From contig NC_042998.1 of NCBI RefSeq assembly GCF_006345805.1, positions 174,096,001-174,160,000 of the forward strand: a stretch of DNA of 64,000 bases, given 5' to 3'. Of this stretch, positions 60,540 through 64,000 are shown one piece after another; positions within the stretch are counted from its first letter, which is position 1; each line of letters starts with the position of its first letter. The stretch is from Octopus sinensis (lineage: Eukaryota). Made by a program: the position numbers and the translations under genes. The notes beneath the pieces were generated by a model. That model ran no database searches. It saw only the letters and a list, made by a program, of their open reading frames with translations, and had not been told where the DNA came from.

Positions 60540-62160
60540 AAAGTGGAATAAAAGAAACAGAGAGAATAGGGGAGAAGGGAAAGGTAGTCTGGTGAAAGCA
60601 TACGTTATTGTTAGTCAGCGTAATCTATCTATGCAGCCAAAAATTAAGTTAGGGATTACAGCTGATCAAACAGAGAGATAGGAACAGTTGAGCGATGAGG
60701 GATTTGAGTAGGGACACGGGTAATGGAGGAAGAAAGTTTGTTGAAATAAGGAGAATATGGTAGACGGAGAAAATACGAAAGAAAATGGTGCTAACATAGC
60801 TAAATAATAAGGGTTTTATCGGCAAGTAGGAACATTTATAAAGAATTTAAGTAATGAGTAAATGTGGAATAAAATTTATGTTACATGAGAAGATTATATG
60901 AAAGAACCTATTGAATAACAATAGCGAAGAATAGCGAACGACTCCTTACAACATAACTTACAAACGTGGTTAGTGTTGTACGGAGAAACCCAACAAACTT
61001 CAAACCAGGATAATGTATGGGAAATATCCTGGCACTTCATGTGGTGTATATATGAAGCTAAGGAAGTAAAGAGATTAGAGGTTCTGTTTGGGATTAAATT
61101 CAGGTGAGCCCAATAGTGATGCTTGAAATCAACGCTGCCACCAATGTAGACCCTAGAGAAGTCGGCAGAAATTGGGTGTTATTACCCAGTATTTATATAC
61201 GACGTTATAGCGTAAACAAAATCCATCTAACTGGCATAGCTCAGAGACCCGACAATTAAAGGCTTTCTCGCTAACGGTGGGCTCAGAATTCGCCCCTATC
61301 CTATACAAAATCATACGATCAATTATCCACGTAATAAGATTGGAGGTGTTATCGTTACTAGAATGGAGCTGCGAAAAGGCATCATCATCGTCACATGTGT
61401 CAGGGTTAAATGTACTGAGAGGTGATGGTACTAATGTCGCTATTATTGAAGGGGGTAGGATTCGTGAAGCTCATACTATTAGTATCTAGCGGGTTAGGTT
61501 GGAGTCCAGATGAGTGATTCGTAGAGACCATAGTCAAGCGGCTAAGATTGCATTTATTGGAAGAAGCAATTTTAGATCTCAAGATTGGTGATGCACAGTA
61601 TGAGATTTTTTGAAGATAGGTAATATTGATGATGTGGTAGGAAATTAGAGCTTAGGATTTTGAAAAATAGCCTAGCTAAAGATTTAACCCGGAGAGATAA
61701 TGGGAACAGAAATGATAAGTTCTGCTTTCTGCCATTGGTAAGGCTTAGAACCAGGCTTAGTGATGAAAATTAATCAACCTCCGAGGTGGCCGGAATACCA
61801 GGTGAGTGCAGGCCGCGGGGAAACTCTGTTGCAGGGTGAGGGGCTGTGGATCGGTAGAGAAAAGCCTGGTGGGCTTAGATTTCGTGCTAGAAAAGAGACG
61901 TTCGATTTTGTTTTTTGTCTGTTAATGGGAGTATATGACACATTCTCGTGGAAACCTCCATTCTAGTTATAGTACTGGATATTCTCATTAGCTGATTTCT
62001 CATTTCGGATTCTATTCGAAACACCAGTGATAATGTAATCAAGGGCAACTCTAGGGTGATCAGATAGAACATTGATATATTGTAACGACTCAAGCGGTTT
62101 ATGGTAAAGGTAAAAGAGATTAGCATCTAAGTCAAGAATCATAACTTCATGTTTTAGTGT
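60540..62160 (-). mobile_element. Decayed Penelope-like element (RT C-terminus, linker, GIY-YIG)
   Basis: Minus strand ILDLDANLFYLYHKPLESLQYINVLSDHP...LFFKILSSNFLPHHQY...NCRVSELCQLDGFCLRYNVVYK...VYIGGSVDFKHHYWAH...TSLASYIHHMK...CKLCCKESFAIL. Confidence 0.82.
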
Positions 62161-62663
62161 TGTTTTCGAATAAGATAGATTATAATTATTAAAAACTTTT
62201 TTAATTCACTAGGCTAGCTTTAACATTATCTTCTCTCCTTCTCTCTCTGTTTCATATATTCTACCTCTGTTCCTTCTTTATTATGTTGTAGAAATCCTCC
62301 TCTATGTGAGTGGTTACTAGTGACATACCTATGATTTTATCCATACTAAATCTGAAATTTATGACGGTTATGATTATTGCGTTACTATAAGCTTCCTCAA
62401 AGAGATGTCGAGTTAAGAAATTGCATATTTTTCTGTATTCTTTGTATTCCATGTAAATATATGTATATGTATATATACGGGAGGGGTTTGGGGAGCGTGG
62501 TGGCTAGGTGTGTTCGCGTGTGTGTATGTCTTTTTGTGAATATATGTAGATATGTATATGTACGTATATGAATATATACATGCGTATGTATATAAGTATG
62601 TATATATGTATCTATATATATATAATATATATATATATATATGTAAATATATATAAATTTAAA

Positions 62664-62964
62664 AAAACACCTTTTATCAATTCAAAATGAACAATTAAAT
62701 TAAACCATCTAGAAAATTACATAAAATAGAAATATTAAAATTAAAGTAACAATAAAATACCGATGATTAAGTAAATTGCAAAGAATAATAATAAAAACGT
62801 ATATAATTGGAACTTTTTTATTATTATTGTTTTATTATTATTTTTTTTGCAATTTACTTAATCATCGGTATTTTATTGTTACTTTAATTTTAATATTTCT
62901 ATTATATGTAATTTTCTAGATGGTGTAATTTAATTGTTCATTTTGAATTGATAAAAGGTGTTTT
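62664..62964. repeat. AT-rich long hairpin, ~133-bp arms, ~33-bp spacer
   Basis: 62664-62796 is the near-perfect reverse complement of 62830-62964. Confidence 0.92.
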
Positions 62965-63549
62965 GTTCTAATTTATATATAGCAGACCAAAAAAATTCTT
63001 TTCTTCTTCTTCCCTCTCCCTACCCCTCTTTTTCTTTAGCACTCATCCCAAATACAAAAACACACACACACACGCACACACACACACGCACACACACACA
63101 CACATGTTCTCTCTCTCACTTTCTCCTCATCCATCACCCTCTTGTACTGTCTTATATTCCTCCCGAACACTACAAACTCAATACCACTATGAAATGGTCA
63201 AAACTCCTCACACAGGAACTTAGTTTGATTTGAAAACCCCACTAGAATGGGAGAAAGCGCTAATACATGATCTAAGTTATATGATATATAAAAAATGTAA
63301 TATGCAAATAAATATCTGTAAATATAAACCATCCGATTTTCTGAGTACCTCATTTCTTCTAATATATAATACCTGTACATCATCTCCACAAACCTTCCAA
63401 TATATATATATATATTATATATATTTATATATATATATTATATTGTGTGAAATTTATGAGTATTTCTAAATTGAATTTTTTCCCTGGAAGTTAGGATAAT
63501 AATCCCTCAAATATTAGATTAGATAGATAGATAGATAGATAGAAGATAG

Positions 63550-63646
<97 letters not shown>

Positions 63647-64000
63647 GTGTGTGTGTACTATACACACAAATTCTTAGATAATACTCAGGGACGTGTGAAA
63701 ATAGATATTTCAGACACTTGTGCTCGTTTGGAAAGAAATGAGACTGTAGAACTAATCGAGCTGTTGCCTAAATCACAAAAAGACTCTGAGGGGTAAAATT
63801 TTGACGGAGTTGCGAAAAATAAACTCTGTGATAATGAGATAAGTCTACCAACGTAAATGGAATTGTGTAGTTGTCTGAGATGAGAAATAGGAATAGCTAA
63901 ATAGTTGTGAGCTAATAAACAATAAAGATGCTTACATGACTCACACATGTCTATGTACCAGGGATATATATATATGTGTGTGAGGAAATAAATTTAGGGA

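Overview
AT-rich, microsatellite-dense eukaryotic DNA with no host protein-coding gene that I can recognise. It is intergenic or lies in a very large intron. The SINE families and repeat make-up look like an octopus (coleoid cephalopod) genome; this is inferred from recognising the repeats, not from a search. Almost all interpretable content is transposon-derived. Retroelements: a near full-length Tx1-clade LINE sitting in a (TC)n tract (34.4-39.9 kb), a diverged 3'-truncated relative (7.3-8.8 kb), two CR1/L2-like RT relics, two Penelope-like (GIY-YIG) relics and many tRNA-derived SINEs, some nested. DNA transposons: a complete-ended Chapaev3 element with a TTA target-site duplication (TSD), a Merlin-type MITE with an 8-bp TSD carrying telomere-like repeats, a Merlin transposase relic, several Tc1/mariner/maT relics, a Tigger fragment, probable Academ relics and several fold-back elements. 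Two things stand out. (i) Five type I hammerhead-ribozyme-like motifs, two nearly intact, lie in Penelope-associated or apparently non-coding repeats, suggesting retrozyme-like non-autonomous elements. (ii) Long inverted repeats are frequent, including a chimeric Penelope/SINE hairpin. Most entries in the ORF track are microsatellite artefacts. All translations and folds were done by eye.
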